Source: an uncultured delta proteobacterium | Lineage (GTDB): Bacteria > Desulfobacterota > RBG-13-43-22 | NCBI GenBank assembly: GCA_963743305.1 | Contig: CAVUPH010000012.1 | Coordinates: 32,001-96,000 of the forward strand | Reading direction: 5' to 3' | Length of the DNA stretch: 64,000 bases | Shown here: one piece after another, positions 30,247 to 40,920 of the stretch | How positions within the stretch are numbered: the first letter of the stretch is position 1 | Layout of the letters: each line of letters starts with the position of its first letter | Notes under the pieces: generated by a model | What the model was told of the DNA's origin: nothing | The model's database searches: none | The model's input: the letters and a program-made list of their open reading frames with translations, nothing else | Translations under genes and position numbers: made by a program

Positions 30247-31115
30247 CAGGACTTGCCCCCGAAAAGGCCCTGAGGGCGGAAAAGCAGGATCACCACCATG
30301 ATGGTGAAGCTGACCACCTGCTTCATGGAACTGGGCAGGAAGACCGTCCCCAGAGATTCGGCCACGCCGATGATCAGACCGCCCACCAGGGCGCCGGCCA
30401 GACTGCCCATCCCCCCCAGGATGACGATGACAAAAGAGACCATGGTATAGGGTGCTCCCATGGTGGCCTTGGCCGGCATCAAGGGCACCAACAGCGCTCC
30501 GGCGGCACCCACACAGGCCGCTCCGATCCCGAAGCAAATGCCGTAAAGGCGGTTGATATGGGTCCCGATGATCAGAGCGCCGAGGCGATTGTCGGCCGCG
30601 GCCCGGATGGCTTTGCCGATAGTGGTCTTCTTGAGGAATACCAGGACAATGAAGGTGATGACGATGGACAGGACAAAGGCGATCAAGCGCGGCACGTCCA
30701 CGGTCAGCGGTCCCAGCCGGAGGGAGGCCAGGGCCAGGCTGGTCTTGGGGCTGATGTCGCTCCCCCCCCAGATCATCAGGGTGCCGTTTTCAAAAATGAT
30801 GGCCAGCCCGACCAACACCAGCACCTGCATAGCCTCGGGCAAATCCAAAATACGATTGACGAAGATCCCTTGGACCAGATAGCCGACCCCAAACATCAGC
30901 CCGGCCACGATTGGCAGGGACAGATAAGGGTCGATGCCCCATCCCAGCAACAGCGTGATGGACAGGAACATGGCAAAGACCATCATCTCGCCGTGGGCGA
31001 AGTTGATGACCTTCATGACCCCGAAGATCAGGGAGAGGCCTAGAGCGATCAGGCTGTAGACCCCCCCCATCAAAAAACCCTGCAAGGCCAACTGCAGGAC
31101 CAGCGTCCAATCCAT
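30246..31115 (-). CDS. livH: ABC transporter permease (LivH-like)
   Basis: GLSLIFGVMKVINFAHG, GKAIRA and RPQGLFG. Confidence 0.9.
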   Translation of the reverse strand: MDWTLVLQLALQGFLMGGVYSLIALGLSLIFGVMKVINFAHGEMMVFAMFLSITLLLGWGIDPYLSLPIVAGLMFGVGYLVQGIFVNRILDLPEAMQVLVLVGLAIIFENGTLMIWGGSDISPKTSLALASLRLGPLTVDVPRLIAFVLSIVITFIVLVFLKKTTIGKAIRAAADNRLGALIIGTHINRLYGICFGIGAACVGAAGALLVPLMPAKATMGAPYTMVSFVIVILGGMGSLAGALVGGLIIGVAESLGTVFLPSSMKQVVSFTIMVVILLFRPQGLFGGKS

Positions 31116-31118
31116 GAA

Positions 31119-32402
31119 CTACCCTCGATCCCAGAGCTGCTTCCAGGGAAAAACGTAGGGCGCCTCGGCCGAATCTTTGGGCAGGACCACCTTGACCCGG
31201 TCGTCCACCTTGGGGTCCGGAAGGACCTGCACCATGGCCGCCGTGGCGTTGATGTTGTCGCCCTTCTCGTCAAAAACCACCGGGCCCCCGACCATGGGAT
31301 GGTCTTTGAAATTCGTCTTGCGCAAGGCCTCCCGTAGAGCCGCCGGGTCCGTCGACTTAGCCCGCTCCAAAGCGTCGGCGATCACCATGACCCCGGTGTA
31401 GGCATACCCGGAGTTGGTATCCAGATATTTTCCGGGATATTGTTTTTCAAACTTCTTGTTCATCTCTCTATAAACGGGGCTCTTGGGATTGACCCAGGGC
31501 ACGTTATCCATGACGTAATAGGCCAGTTTGTCCATATCGCGAACAAATTCCGGTTCGTACCATCCCGGGCTTCCCGGGCTGATGATCCCCACGAGTTCCA
31601 CCCGCTGCTTGTACAATTCCCGGATCAGAAGTTTGGCGTCGCCGGGACGGGCTACGGGACACAATAATTCCGGTTTGGCCGCCTTGAGCTTGGCCACCTC
31701 GGCCGAGAGGTCTTTGACCCCCAGCGGGTATTCGATGTGCTCGACGATTTCAAAGGGAAGCTTATGGTCCTTGACATACTTAATGAACGCGGCCCCCTGT
31801 CCTCGCCCGAAGGCGTCTCCGGCGTTGGCCACGGCGATCCGCTTGATGGTCACTCTCTTTTCCTTGAGGATCTGATCCAGATAGATCCCCATGCTTTTCA
31901 TGAAATACTCGACCTTGGGGAAGCAGCGAAACACGTTCTTATAGCCCTTGGCGGTAATGGCATCCAAGGCGGCCACGTCGATAACAAAGGGGATATTCCG
32001 TTGTTCGGACAGGGTGGCAATGGCCATGGCCACGCCACTTAAAAAGGGACCCACCAGGCAGACGGCTCCTTCTTTGATCTGCCGCTCGGCGACGGTCCGG
32101 CCCACCTCCTCCTTGGCTTCGTTGTCCCCCAGCAGGAGTTTCAGCTTGGCCCCGCCCAGGGACTTGATGCCACCCCTAGCGTTGACTTCATCCGCCGCCA
32201 GCTTGTTGCCCCGTTGCATGGCAATGCCGATATCTGGAAGCGGTCCGGTAATCGGCTGGATGGAACCGATGGTGATTTCCTTCGGCTGGCTTCGGACGAT
32301 GGCCGGAAAACCAGTGATGGCCGTGACCGCGCCGACGGCTGCTGAAGCCTTCAGAAATGTCCTCCGGTCAATACCTTGGGGCTTACCTTGCTTCTCTTTC
32401 AT
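31119..32402 (-). CDS. Tat-exported ABC substrate-binding protein (LivK/Peripla_BP_6 type)
   Basis: DRRTFLK Tat motif, NARGGIKSLGGAKL and a periplasmic binding protein type 1 pattern. Confidence 0.9.
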   Translation of the reverse strand: MKEKQGKPQGIDRRTFLKASAAVGAVTAITGFPAIVRSQPKEITIGSIQPITGPLPDIGIAMQRGNKLAADEVNARGGIKSLGGAKLKLLLGDNEAKEEVGRTVAERQIKEGAVCLVGPFLSGVAMAIATLSEQRNIPFVIDVAALDAITAKGYKNVFRCFPKVEYFMKSMGIYLDQILKEKRVTIKRIAVANAGDAFGRGQGAAFIKYVKDHKLPFEIVEHIEYPLGVKDLSAEVAKLKAAKPELLCPVARPGDAKLLIRELYKQRVELVGIISPGSPGWYEPEFVRDMDKLAYYVMDNVPWVNPKSPVYREMNKKFEKQYPGKYLDTNSGYAYTGVMVIADALERAKSTDPAALREALRKTNFKDHPMVGGPVVFDEKGDNINATAAMVQVLPDPKVDDRVKVVLPKDSAEAPYVFPWKQLWDRG

Positions 32403-32567
32403 GGTTTCCTCCTTTTACCAACAGGGTTAATAAGAACTAAATGGAATTCAGCTTATTATCGTTTCAATCTTTTTGGTTCACGTCAAGTGATTATTTTTAG
32501 CACAAACTGATGACTTTTATCAATAGTTTTTGAAAGGTTAGGCCCTAACCTGAAAAACAAATGTTTT

Positions 32568-33866
32568 TTAAGAGGCTTCGATCTCCGGCAGAATCACCCC
32601 TCCTGAGGGAATCACGTGGACTTCAGGTGAGGGGCAATAGCGGGCGCTAATGGCTATAGCCTGGTCCAGGTCCTCGGCATATACGTACCCCATGCGTTCT
32701 ACCGTCGTCCGGGGGATGTCTCCGGAGACCAAAACAATCTTGAATTGGTGCTGCGCCGCCAGAGCGAAAGCCAAGGCCATATTGTAGTCCACGGCCCCGC
32801 CCTCCATGATCAAACGCCTTTCCGAAAAATGGGCCAGGACTCCCCCGAACAAGTCCCCGGCCTGCCGGGATCGGAACCTTTCAAAGCTGGCGATAAAGGG
32901 CTCCGGCAAATTCCCCGAGCAGTCCGCGGCCAAAATGATGCAGCCCCCCGGTTTGGTTACCAGGGAAGCCGGTACCAGGGGTTTGACGATTTGGGGCCCT
33001 TCCCGGTAGGGGAAGGAGGTGGTCACGGTGAGGTCGGCCCGTTTGGGGAAACGCCGAGTAGTCAGTGCTCGGCAAATCCGGGCGCCGGCCCAATGGGCCT
33101 CGATCGGATCTCCGGCCACTAAATCGGCCAGGGCATCTTTTTGGTCCAGGACCCCGTTGACCACAAAATGCAAAGGCACCGACCGGGCCAGGGCGCAGAC
33201 TTCCTCATAAAAAGGATTCCCGTCTAGTTTTCCCAAACCGGTGCCGGATTGAAAGGTATAATGGAAATGATGCTCGGTAATGGCTTCCAGATCGGCCACT
33301 CCGGGAAAGAGGATCTTCCCGCCTCCGCCGAAACCGTTCATGGGATGGGGGAAGATAGACCCTATTCCGAGGCGGAAGGTGGCCTCCATGACCCGGCGGT
33401 TGATCTTGACCCCATGTCCGGTTTTCAGTCGGGCGGCCGGCACCAGATCGGCGGCCCGGCAGTCGTGGTTCACGAACTCGTACCGGTCGACCAGCTCCCG
33501 CCCGAAGGCCCCTTCAATTTCCTCCTGTTCCAAGCCCCGGTGGGTGCCCAGAGAAAAAATGATCACGATTTGCCGGTCCGGGATCCTTTTTTTCCTCAGG
33601 AGTTCCAGGATCGCTTCCAGGATGATTTTCTTGGGAGAGGGCCTGGTCAGGTCTTCGATGAGCACTGCCACCCGGTCCTTTTCGGTAACCAATTCCGATA
33701 ACGAGGGGGCGCCGATAGGGCTTTGCAGGACCGTCCGGGTTTTATCCCGGATATTGTCCACTCCGGGGGAATCCTCAAAATCTGCGAAAGATAATATTTT
33801 CCAAGCCGAGGGGACCGTCAGGGGTGTCTTACGGTTCTGGTATTGGAGAAAAAGATCCTTCATCAT
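32568..33866 (-). CDS. LarA-superfamily nickel-pincer racemase/epimerase
   Basis: EDLTRP, LGTHR, VNHD and PHPMNGFGGGGKILFPG. Confidence 0.87.
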   Translation of the reverse strand: MMKDLFLQYQNRKTPLTVPSAWKILSFADFEDSPGVDNIRDKTRTVLQSPIGAPSLSELVTEKDRVAVLIEDLTRPSPKKIILEAILELLRKKRIPDRQIVIIFSLGTHRGLEQEEIEGAFGRELVDRYEFVNHDCRAADLVPAARLKTGHGVKINRRVMEATFRLGIGSIFPHPMNGFGGGGKILFPGVADLEAITEHHFHYTFQSGTGLGKLDGNPFYEEVCALARSVPLHFVVNGVLDQKDALADLVAGDPIEAHWAGARICRALTTRRFPKRADLTVTTSFPYREGPQIVKPLVPASLVTKPGGCIILAADCSGNLPEPFIASFERFRSRQAGDLFGGVLAHFSERRLIMEGGAVDYNMALAFALAAQHQFKIVLVSGDIPRTTVERMGYVYAEDLDQAIAISARYCPSPEVHVIPSGGVILPEIEAS

Positions 33867-33938
33867 CACCTCACAAAAAGTCTAACCAAAAAAAGCTGAA
33901 TATTTGGTTTAGATTCTCAGGCAAACATAGGCAAAAAT

Positions 33939-34685
33939 CTAGAAACGACTTTTTGCCCGCTTCAGGCAGGTCTTAATTTCCTCTCCCTTTAGGCGAAAGG
34001 CCTGCTTCACCAGGGAGTAAAGCGGTTCCCGAATTTGGCTCAACTTCGGCAGAGACTTGAATTCTGAAAACCCCAAACCTGAAGGATCCAGGGATGGCAA
34101 CATCAGTTTCTTTTCCAGATCCGGTACGGCCCGGGGATCGGTGTTTTCTCCCAGGACCCCTTTCAATTCACCGCTGCCCTCTATCGCCTTAATAAAAGCC
34201 AGTATCTCCTGAAGGCTGTAGGAGTGTGAAAATTTGGCCAAATCCTCATTAAAGAGACGGATCCTTTTCTCCAAAGCCAGGCCTTTTTCCAGGAGTGGTT
34301 GACTTCGCCCCCAGGCCAGGCTATACATTTGGGTGATCAGGCCCTGGTATTTGGCCTTAGAAGTTAAGGCAAACGGCAGTGCACAGATTGCCACGGCTTC
34401 CGAAAATGGACGGTCCGGAAGGTCCGGGACCGTGAGGAGCGGTCTCTCCCGTCCGAGGAGAGCGAAGAAGGAATTCATCGTTTCCGGATCCAGCAACAGG
34501 TCCCCAATCAAGGCCAGCGGGACTTGCACCTCCTGAGCCCATCTCTTTTGGATCTCTTTCGCCTGGCTGATCAGATCCTCCCGCTCCTCCTCCAATTCCC
34601 GACGGGTCCCGAAATAATTTTCGGCGATCTCCTTTTTGACCTGATAGGCCAGGGCCGCCGCAATGTCACCGACCTGCGTAGCCAA
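33939..34685 (-). CDS. Hypothetical helical protein
   Basis: 248-aa ORF with an RBS, co-oriented in the operon. Confidence 0.7.
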   Translation of the reverse strand: MATQVGDIAAALAYQVKKEIAENYFGTRRELEEEREDLISQAKEIQKRWAQEVQVPLALIGDLLLDPETMNSFFALLGRERPLLTVPDLPDRPFSEAVAICALPFALTSKAKYQGLITQMYSLAWGRSQPLLEKGLALEKRIRLFNEDLAKFSHSYSLQEILAFIKAIEGSGELKGVLGENTDPRAVPDLEKKLMLPSLDPSGLGFSEFKSLPKLSQIREPLYSLVKQAFRLKGEEIKTCLKRAKSRF

Positions 34686-34734
34686 TCGATTCCCTCTTTA
34701 CTGGTTCTTGGTATTTTTTCCCCACAAATACCAA

Positions 34735-35736
34735 TTAAATTCTGTTGTCCTGGATGGACCGCAAAGACAACCCCTCCTGCCAGAGTAGAAAAATACCCAG
34801 CACTGTGATGGGGATGAAATAAGCGAGCCAAAGGATTATTGAAAAGGTCTTTGCCAGGTTGGGCTCGATCCCAAAAAAAGCCAGAGCGGCGGCACAGGCC
34901 CAATGAAAGGTCCCGATATACCCCGGGGCCGAGGGAATACTCACCCCGAAAATCAATATGATCTCCACAAAAATAGCCTGCAGCAGGGTTAAATGAAGAC
35001 CGAACCCAAAAAAAAGCAAGTAAACGCCAAGACTGGAGACAATCCACAAAAGCAGCGAATACCCTTTGATAATTAAAATGTCCTGTCCCCGCCGCAGGAT
35101 CTCCAGGCCGAACACGAAAGAGTTGATGATTTCCAGGATCCGGCTGGATACCCGGGCGGGAAAAGGTTTAAGCACCAGCCCGATCAGTCGATTCAAGCGA
35201 TGGTTATGAAAACGCAGCAAAACCAAAATGACCAAAACCAGGAAGTAAAACAGAAAGCTGAACCAACCAATCATTTTAATCCGGGTCGGCGTCAAAAACG
35301 ATGTCGAGGTCTCCGGAAAGGGCATGAAAAGAAGCACTCCTAAGAACAAAAGCAATACGGAAAAACCGTCAAAGAGCCTCTCAACCACCAGTGTCGCCAA
35401 GCAAGCGGTTTTGCTTATTTTTTCCCGATCCCCCAGAATAAAGGCCCGGACGAATTCCCCGATACGAGCCGGGAGGATATTGTTGGCCATAAATCCGATC
35501 GCCGTGGCCTTGAACAATTCGAGTAGGCCGACGCTCTTTATCGGGCTTAACAAATAGCGCCAGCGAACGGCCCGAATCCAGAGGCAGAACAGGTTGATTA
35601 ACATAATCGGAATAGTATAAAAATAGTTGACGCTTTGAAAGGCAATCCATATTTCCCGGATATCGACATTTCTAAAGAAAAAGAAAGCGAACAGGATTGA
35701 GACGGCGAAACCAAACCAATATTTCTTTTGGGTCAT
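34735..35736 (-). CDS. Lysylphosphatidylglycerol synthase TM / flippase-like membrane protein
   Basis: RAVRW, NNILPARIGEFVRA, VVERLFD and PSAPGYIGTFH. Confidence 0.88.
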   Translation of the reverse strand: MTQKKYWFGFAVSILFAFFFFRNVDIREIWIAFQSVNYFYTIPIMLINLFCLWIRAVRWRYLLSPIKSVGLLELFKATAIGFMANNILPARIGEFVRAFILGDREKISKTACLATLVVERLFDGFSVLLLFLGVLLFMPFPETSTSFLTPTRIKMIGWFSFLFYFLVLVILVLLRFHNHRLNRLIGLVLKPFPARVSSRILEIINSFVFGLEILRRGQDILIIKGYSLLLWIVSSLGVYLLFFGFGLHLTLLQAIFVEIILIFGVSIPSAPGYIGTFHWACAAALAFFGIEPNLAKTFSIILWLAYFIPITVLGIFLLWQEGLSLRSIQDNRI

Positions 35737-36473
35737 TTACCCTTCTTCCCGCGGGAAAACCGAAGGGCCAGCACCGCCCGGGTATAATTGATCAGTTGTT
35801 TTCTGAACTGGGTTTTACTCTCTCCCCCCAAGCGAAATTCATAGACCACCGGGACTTCCCGGAGGACAAAACCCTCCTGCAGGGCATGATAAATCAACCG
35901 AATAGCATAATCGCCATAGCCAAAATAGATAGGTTTATCCATCAGCCGTAAAAAAAGAGTTCGTTTGCCCACCAGGAAGCCGCTGAGATTATCTTTGATC
36001 GGGGATCCCAACCCCCAGCGAATAAAAACGTTAAAGAACCAACTTCCCCAGTACCGGAACCGGGACGTTTTCATGCCCCCGCCCGGCAAATATCGGGAGC
36101 CGATGACCAGGTCAGCACCGTTCGTTTTCCTGATCATCTCGGGGAGGTAACGGGGATGATGGTTAAAATCCGTGTCCATCACTCCGATCAGTTCCGACTC
36201 GGCCATAGAAATCCCTCTGGCGATAGCCGTGGCCAATCCCCGCTCTTTTTCTCGCACGATCAGGCGAACGGCCTCCGAACCTCTAAAAGCCTCTCGAACC
36301 GCCTCGGCGGTCCCATCCGGGCTGTTATCATCCACCACGATGACCTGGACCTTCAAGGGCGGGACCGCCAAGGCTTCCAATATAGCCCGAATCAGGGCGA
36401 CAATATTGGTCCGTTCATTATAGGTGGGCAGGACGATAGAGATATCGATGATCTGGACTCCTTTGAAAAACAA
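35733..36473 (-). CDS. GT2 polyprenol-phosphate glycosyltransferase (DPM1-like)
   Basis: PTYNE, VDDNSPDGT, MDTDFNH and GSRY; start codon uncertain. Confidence 0.88.
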   Translation of the reverse strand: MFFKGVQIIDISIVLPTYNERTNIVALIRAILEALAVPPLKVQVIVVDDNSPDGTAEAVREAFRGSEAVRLIVREKERGLATAIARGISMAESELIGVMDTDFNHHPRYLPEMIRKTNGADLVIGSRYLPGGGMKTSRFRYWGSWFFNVFIRWGLGSPIKDNLSGFLVGKRTLFLRLMDKPIYFGYGDYAIRLIYHALQEGFVLREVPVVYEFRLGGESKTQFRKQLINYTRAVLALRFSRGKKGK

Positions 36474-36476
36474 AAA

Positions 36477-37571
36477 CTAGCGGCTGATAAATTCTTGAAT
36501 TAGGGCCACGACGGTGTCAATCTCCCCCCAGGTCAATCCGGCCCCCGAAGGCAAGGAGATTCCCAGGGCCGAAATTTTTTCGGCTATGGGAAAAGAACCG
36601 CTTCCCACATAAGGCGGCATGGTAGGAATTGGATAGAACAGGGGCCTGGACTCTACCCCGGCTCGGGCCAGAAAGTGGATCAATTCATCCCGGTTTTTAT
36701 TGAGCTCCGGCTTCAATAAAATGGAATAAAGCCAATAAACATTTTTGGCCCAAGAAGCCTCCGGGGGTTGGATTACCCCCGCCACCTCTTCAAACTTTTC
36801 ATGGTAATAGCGGGCGATTTGCCTCTTTTTTTCTAATATGGCCTCCAGTTTGGTCATTTGACCCAAACCGATGGCGGCTTGAACATTGGTCAGGCGGTAA
36901 TTGAACCCCACCAGGGGATGCCAGTATTTCCGCTCTGTGGACATCCCGTGATCGCGCAAAATGCGGGCCCGGGCAGCCCAGTCAGGATCGTTCGTGACGA
37001 TCATCCCCCCCTCCCCGGTGGAGATGATTTTATTACCGTAAAAACTAAAACAGCCCAAATGCCCGAGGCCCCCTACTTTTTTGCCGTTATATTCGGCGCC
37101 ATGGGCCTCAGCGGCGTCCTCAACCACCCAGACGGACGCTCTTTCCGCCAACTCCAAAAGGCGTGTCATATCGGCGGGATGCCCATAGAGATGAACCGGG
37201 ATGACCGCCTTGGTCCGCGCGGTAATCCGTGATGCCACCTGCTCCGGGTCCAACGTCCAGGTCTCCTCGCTGACATCGGCAAAAACCGGTTTGGCCCCGG
37301 CATGGACCACCACATTGGCCGTGGCAATAAAACTTAAAGCCGGGACGATGACTTCATCCCCCGGACCTATTCCTAAGGTCACTAAGGATAAATGCAGGGC
37401 CGTGGTCCCGTTGGAAGTGGCGACTCCAAAGCGCGTCTGGCAAAATTCCGCAAAGGCTTTTTCAAAGGAAACGATATATTTGCCTTGCGAAGAAATCCAA
37501 CCCGTATTCAAACAATCCATAACCCGGTCGATCTCCTGATGATCGATCAAGGGTCCCATGATAGGAATCAT
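36477..37571 (-). CDS. DegT/DnrJ/EryC1/StrS aminotransferase (perosamine synthase-like)
   Basis: GWISSQG, EDAAEAHG, SFYGNKIISTGEGG and GFNYRLTN. Confidence 0.92.
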   Translation of the reverse strand: MIPIMGPLIDHQEIDRVMDCLNTGWISSQGKYIVSFEKAFAEFCQTRFGVATSNGTTALHLSLVTLGIGPGDEVIVPALSFIATANVVVHAGAKPVFADVSEETWTLDPEQVASRITARTKAVIPVHLYGHPADMTRLLELAERASVWVVEDAAEAHGAEYNGKKVGGLGHLGCFSFYGNKIISTGEGGMIVTNDPDWAARARILRDHGMSTERKYWHPLVGFNYRLTNVQAAIGLGQMTKLEAILEKKRQIARYYHEKFEEVAGVIQPPEASWAKNVYWLYSILLKPELNKNRDELIHFLARAGVESRPLFYPIPTMPPYVGSGSFPIAEKISALGISLPSGAGLTWGEIDTVVALIQEFISR

Positions 37572-37793
37572 TAGGCGCCTCGCTTGAGGTGATAATGGGC
37601 TTAACCCGTTTATTGTTCGGCCGTCGGTTTGGTATAGGAGGTTAATACCCCCAACTTGAGCCCAAACGGTTAAATTTACCCGAGCACTCGAAACTTTTCA
37701 AGCAAATAAAGAAGTCTGTTTTTTAACTGGCTATTGCCAAGAAGGGGGCGGTTCGCCCTTTTGGAAGGAGTTTCTTGGGGGACCCGGGTGTAT

Positions 37794-38390
37794 CTAAAAG
37801 CTGATAACTTTTTCCGCCACTTGCAGACTGGTGACGATATCCAGCATATTAGTTGTTTCGCCCACCATTTTCTGTTCCAACAAGCCGAAATGATTCAGGC
37901 AGGTGCCGCAGACGAGAACCGAGACGCCTTGCTCGGCCAGCCCCAGAATAAGCGGCAAGGATTCTGCTCCCGCGATGGTCAATTTGACTCCGGAATTCAA
38001 AAAAACCAAGCGCCAGAGACTTTTTTCCATTTCCTTCAAAGTCTTCAACAAATTGAGCATGAGTTGGCTGCCCAGGTAGTCATCCCCCGTTCCCAACTTA
38101 TCCTTGGTAATCAAGATGATCGTTTTTTGAACGCCCTGTATCAAATCCTGGACAACGGCTTCGCAGGTCGGTCCACCCGCCCTTTCGGCGTTGATCTTAA
38201 AATTCGATTCGGAGGTTTCCACACTGACCCCAAAGCCCCGGCTTTTAAGGAACTTCTCGACGTTTTCGGCCGAAGCCGGATTGTCCACCAGGACCTGAAA
38301 ATGATTCAACTGGGGGTGATTCTCAATATAGTCCCGGGTTTCAGTAACCGGCAGAGGACAGGATAAGCCGCGGCAATTCAAAGTCTCCAT
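37794..38390 (-). CDS. yedF: Selenium metabolism protein YedF (TusA + DsrE domains)
   Basis: CRGLSCPLPV, LGTGDDYLG, CGTCLNHF and TTNMLDIV. Confidence 0.88.
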   Translation of the reverse strand: METLNCRGLSCPLPVTETRDYIENHPQLNHFQVLVDNPASAENVEKFLKSRGFGVSVETSESNFKINAERAGGPTCEAVVQDLIQGVQKTIILITKDKLGTGDDYLGSQLMLNLLKTLKEMEKSLWRLVFLNSGVKLTIAGAESLPLILGLAEQGVSVLVCGTCLNHFGLLEQKMVGETTNMLDIVTSLQVAEKVISF

Positions 38391-38433
38391 TCATCCCTCT
38401 CGAATAAATTTTCAACCAATTATTTAAAGGTAG

Positions 38434-38464
38434 TCCGGACTTCGAATCCGGGCCTAAGTTGCTA
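38434..38464 (+). repeat. 31-bp dispersed repeat, family B, copy 1
   Basis: tccggacttcgaatccgggcctaagttgcta matches 44448-44478 at 28/31. Confidence 0.7.
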
Positions 38465-38550
38465 CTATTATATAGTGATCGCTGTGGAGCGAGTCAAATA
38501 GGAAATCAGATGAATAGGAAGGCGCTAGAATAGATTTTTTCTATATTATT

Positions 38551-40270
38551 TTAGGACGGGATCGCGGGCGGCTTCCCGTCAACCGGCGCCGGAGACGGAG
38601 ATTCAGAGGAAGCGACCGTCTTCCTGGAAGTATCCAAACAGCTTTTCCCCATGTTCAGTTCCTCCATAATGGCAAAAGAAATGTCCCGGGCAATCTCGCT
38701 GATCTGCTGGTAACTGTTCAGCAGTTCCAGGTGCAGGTTGCTGGTCTCTTCGCTTTCCTTGACCCCCTCGGTTAAGCGGTGAATATGGTTTTGACGATAC
38801 TCCCGAATCAGGGCACTGATCCGGGGCTGGGCGGTTACCGCCTCTTCAGCCAGGTAATAATCGTTCTGAACCAACCCCTTGTGGGTCAGACGTAACTGGT
38901 CGATCACCCGGTGGATCGTGTTCAGCAGTTCCGTTTCCCCCTGAGGGGAGAAGGAGGCTCTCTGCGCCAATTTGGTTTCAATCCTATATTTTATATCCCG
39001 TTCAATAATGTCGCTGATTTTCTCCAGATTGTCCAGGACATGGATTAAGCCAATGGCGTATTGGTGTTCATCGCTACTCAGCGGCTGGCGCAGAACCTTG
39101 GTCAGGTAGTCCACGGCGGCCTTAAAGAGCACATCCATCACCCTCTCCCGATAGGCGATTCGCTCCAGAAAATATCGCTTACCGTGGGTGATGGTCCTTT
39201 CCGTATACCAGAGCATGCGCAGGGTTCCGGCCGAAAGCCGCACCGTTTCCTTGTGGGCCAACCCGATGGCCACCGCCGGCAGGTTGATGACCTCCTCCCG
39301 CAGAAATTTGGGCTCCAGCTCCGGAATCTTTTTGTCGGGCACCAGCCATTCCAGGAAACGGCTCCCATATCGGCTGAACGGCAGGAAGACGGCGGCCAGG
39401 CCGACATTAAAAACGGTGTGGGCATTGGCCACCTGGAAGGGCGGGTTGGCGGTCAAGAAGGACAGAAAGGCAGCCAGACCAGGGACCAGAAAGAAAAAAA
39501 GGACCGTCCCCCCCAATTTGGAAAAAAAGTGGGACAGGGCCACCCGCTGGGCTTCCCGACGGGATCCGATGCTGGAAAGCAGGGCGGTGAAGGAGGTTCC
39601 CAGGTTGCACCCGAGAATTAGAAAAATCGCGCCGGGAAGATCGATGAGCTGGTAGCCGGCCAGGGCCATGATGATGCCCAGCACCGCTGCGCTGCTATGG
39701 ATCAGGAAGGTGATGACCGAGGCGGCCGCAATGGCCAAAAGCGGATGATTGCTGACCGAAAGCAGGAGTTGAGTGAATTCCGGGACCTTCTGAAGCGGAT
39801 GCAGGCTATCGCCCACAATCTTCAGACCGAGGAACAGCAGGCCGAAACCCATGACGGCCTGGCCGATTCGGCGGTATCGGTCTTGCTTGGCGAAAAAAAC
39901 GACGGGCGAGCCGATCCCCACGATCAATAGCGACAGCTCCGTAAATTTCAGAGCGATCAACTGGGCCGTTACGACGGTTCCGATGTCCGCCCCCAGAATT
40001 ACCGGCATGGATTGCCGCAAGGTGATGACCGCCGCGTTGGTCAAGACCTACCAAGATAACCGTCGTGGCCGTGCTGCTCTGAAAGAGCATGGTGACCAGG
40101 ACCCCGGCCAGGACTCCCAGTATAGGCCTCCGGGTCACCGACTCCAGCAGACGCCGCAACTGTTTTCCCAGAATCTTCTGCAGCCCGTCCCCCATGACCT
40201 GGATCCCGTAAAGAAGGATCCCGATACCGCCGAAGAGTCCTAAGAGAATGGTTATCCAGGGGATGGGCAC
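38551..40270 (-). CDS. Na/Pi cotransporter (NptA/YjbB type with PhoU-like C-terminus), one +1 frameshift at about 40044
   Basis: QSSTAT, GADIGT, HSSAA, GCNLGT and ANAHTVFN. Confidence 0.9.
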
Positions 40271-40316
40271 CGGCTAGAAGGACCTTTCAACTTGACGGAC
40301 TTTTTGCGAGGTCATT

Positions 40317-40790
40317 CTATTTGACAATCAGTACCGGGCATGGAGTGCGGTGCAGCACCTTCTGGCTGACGCTGCCGATGATGACCCCGCGCAAAGGACC
40401 GATCCCGCGGCAACCGAGAATGACCAGATCAAAGGATCTCTTCTCCAAAAAATCAATGATCTGTTCCGCCGGATCGCCGAAGTGAACCAGGGCGTCGACT
40501 TCAACCGGCCTGTTTTTCAGCAGGTCGGAACAGGCCGTCCGGGCTTCCTTCAGGACCTCCTGGCCCTCCTTGAAGGCCTTATCCAGGGCGGATCGTTCTT
40601 CGGAGGCCGCCTGATTCAGGTCGCTTAAAGGCCCTCGAAAACGGAACCAGTCGAAGTCGCCGGCTGCCTTGGCCACATAGAACAGGGTCAGGGTCCCTGG
40701 AGACTCCCGGTTCAGGATATCGGCTCCCAGCAGCGCGGCCCGCAACGAAAAGGATGAGCCGTCCACGGCCACCAGTACTCGGGATATCAC
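40317..40790 (-). CDS. Universal stress protein
   Basis: VLVAVDGS, GDPAEQI, GSVSQKV and CPVLIVK; AGGAGG before the GTG at 40790. Confidence 0.92.
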   Translation of the reverse strand: MISRVLVAVDGSSFSLRAALLGADILNRESPGTLTLFYVAKAAGDFDWFRFRGPLSDLNQAASEERSALDKAFKEGQEVLKEARTACSDLLKNRPVEVDALVHFGDPAEQIIDFLEKRSFDLVILGCRGIGPLRGVIIGSVSQKVLHRTPCPVLIVK

Positions 40791-40920
40791 TACACCTCCT
40801 ATCCTTCGGTTGTTTGTCACCCCTGAGGGTTTCACGATAACCGATTTAAAAAATCAGCGGACCTTTTTCACGCCCTCTCGGAGACCTTCTGAAATATATG
40901 CCTTTTTTATGCAATTATCA

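Noticed and set aside
37575-37675. Structured leader (ops/JUMPstart-like) before the aminotransferase operon
   Set aside because: Only weak pairing is visible and there is no GGCGGTAG motif, so support is insufficient.
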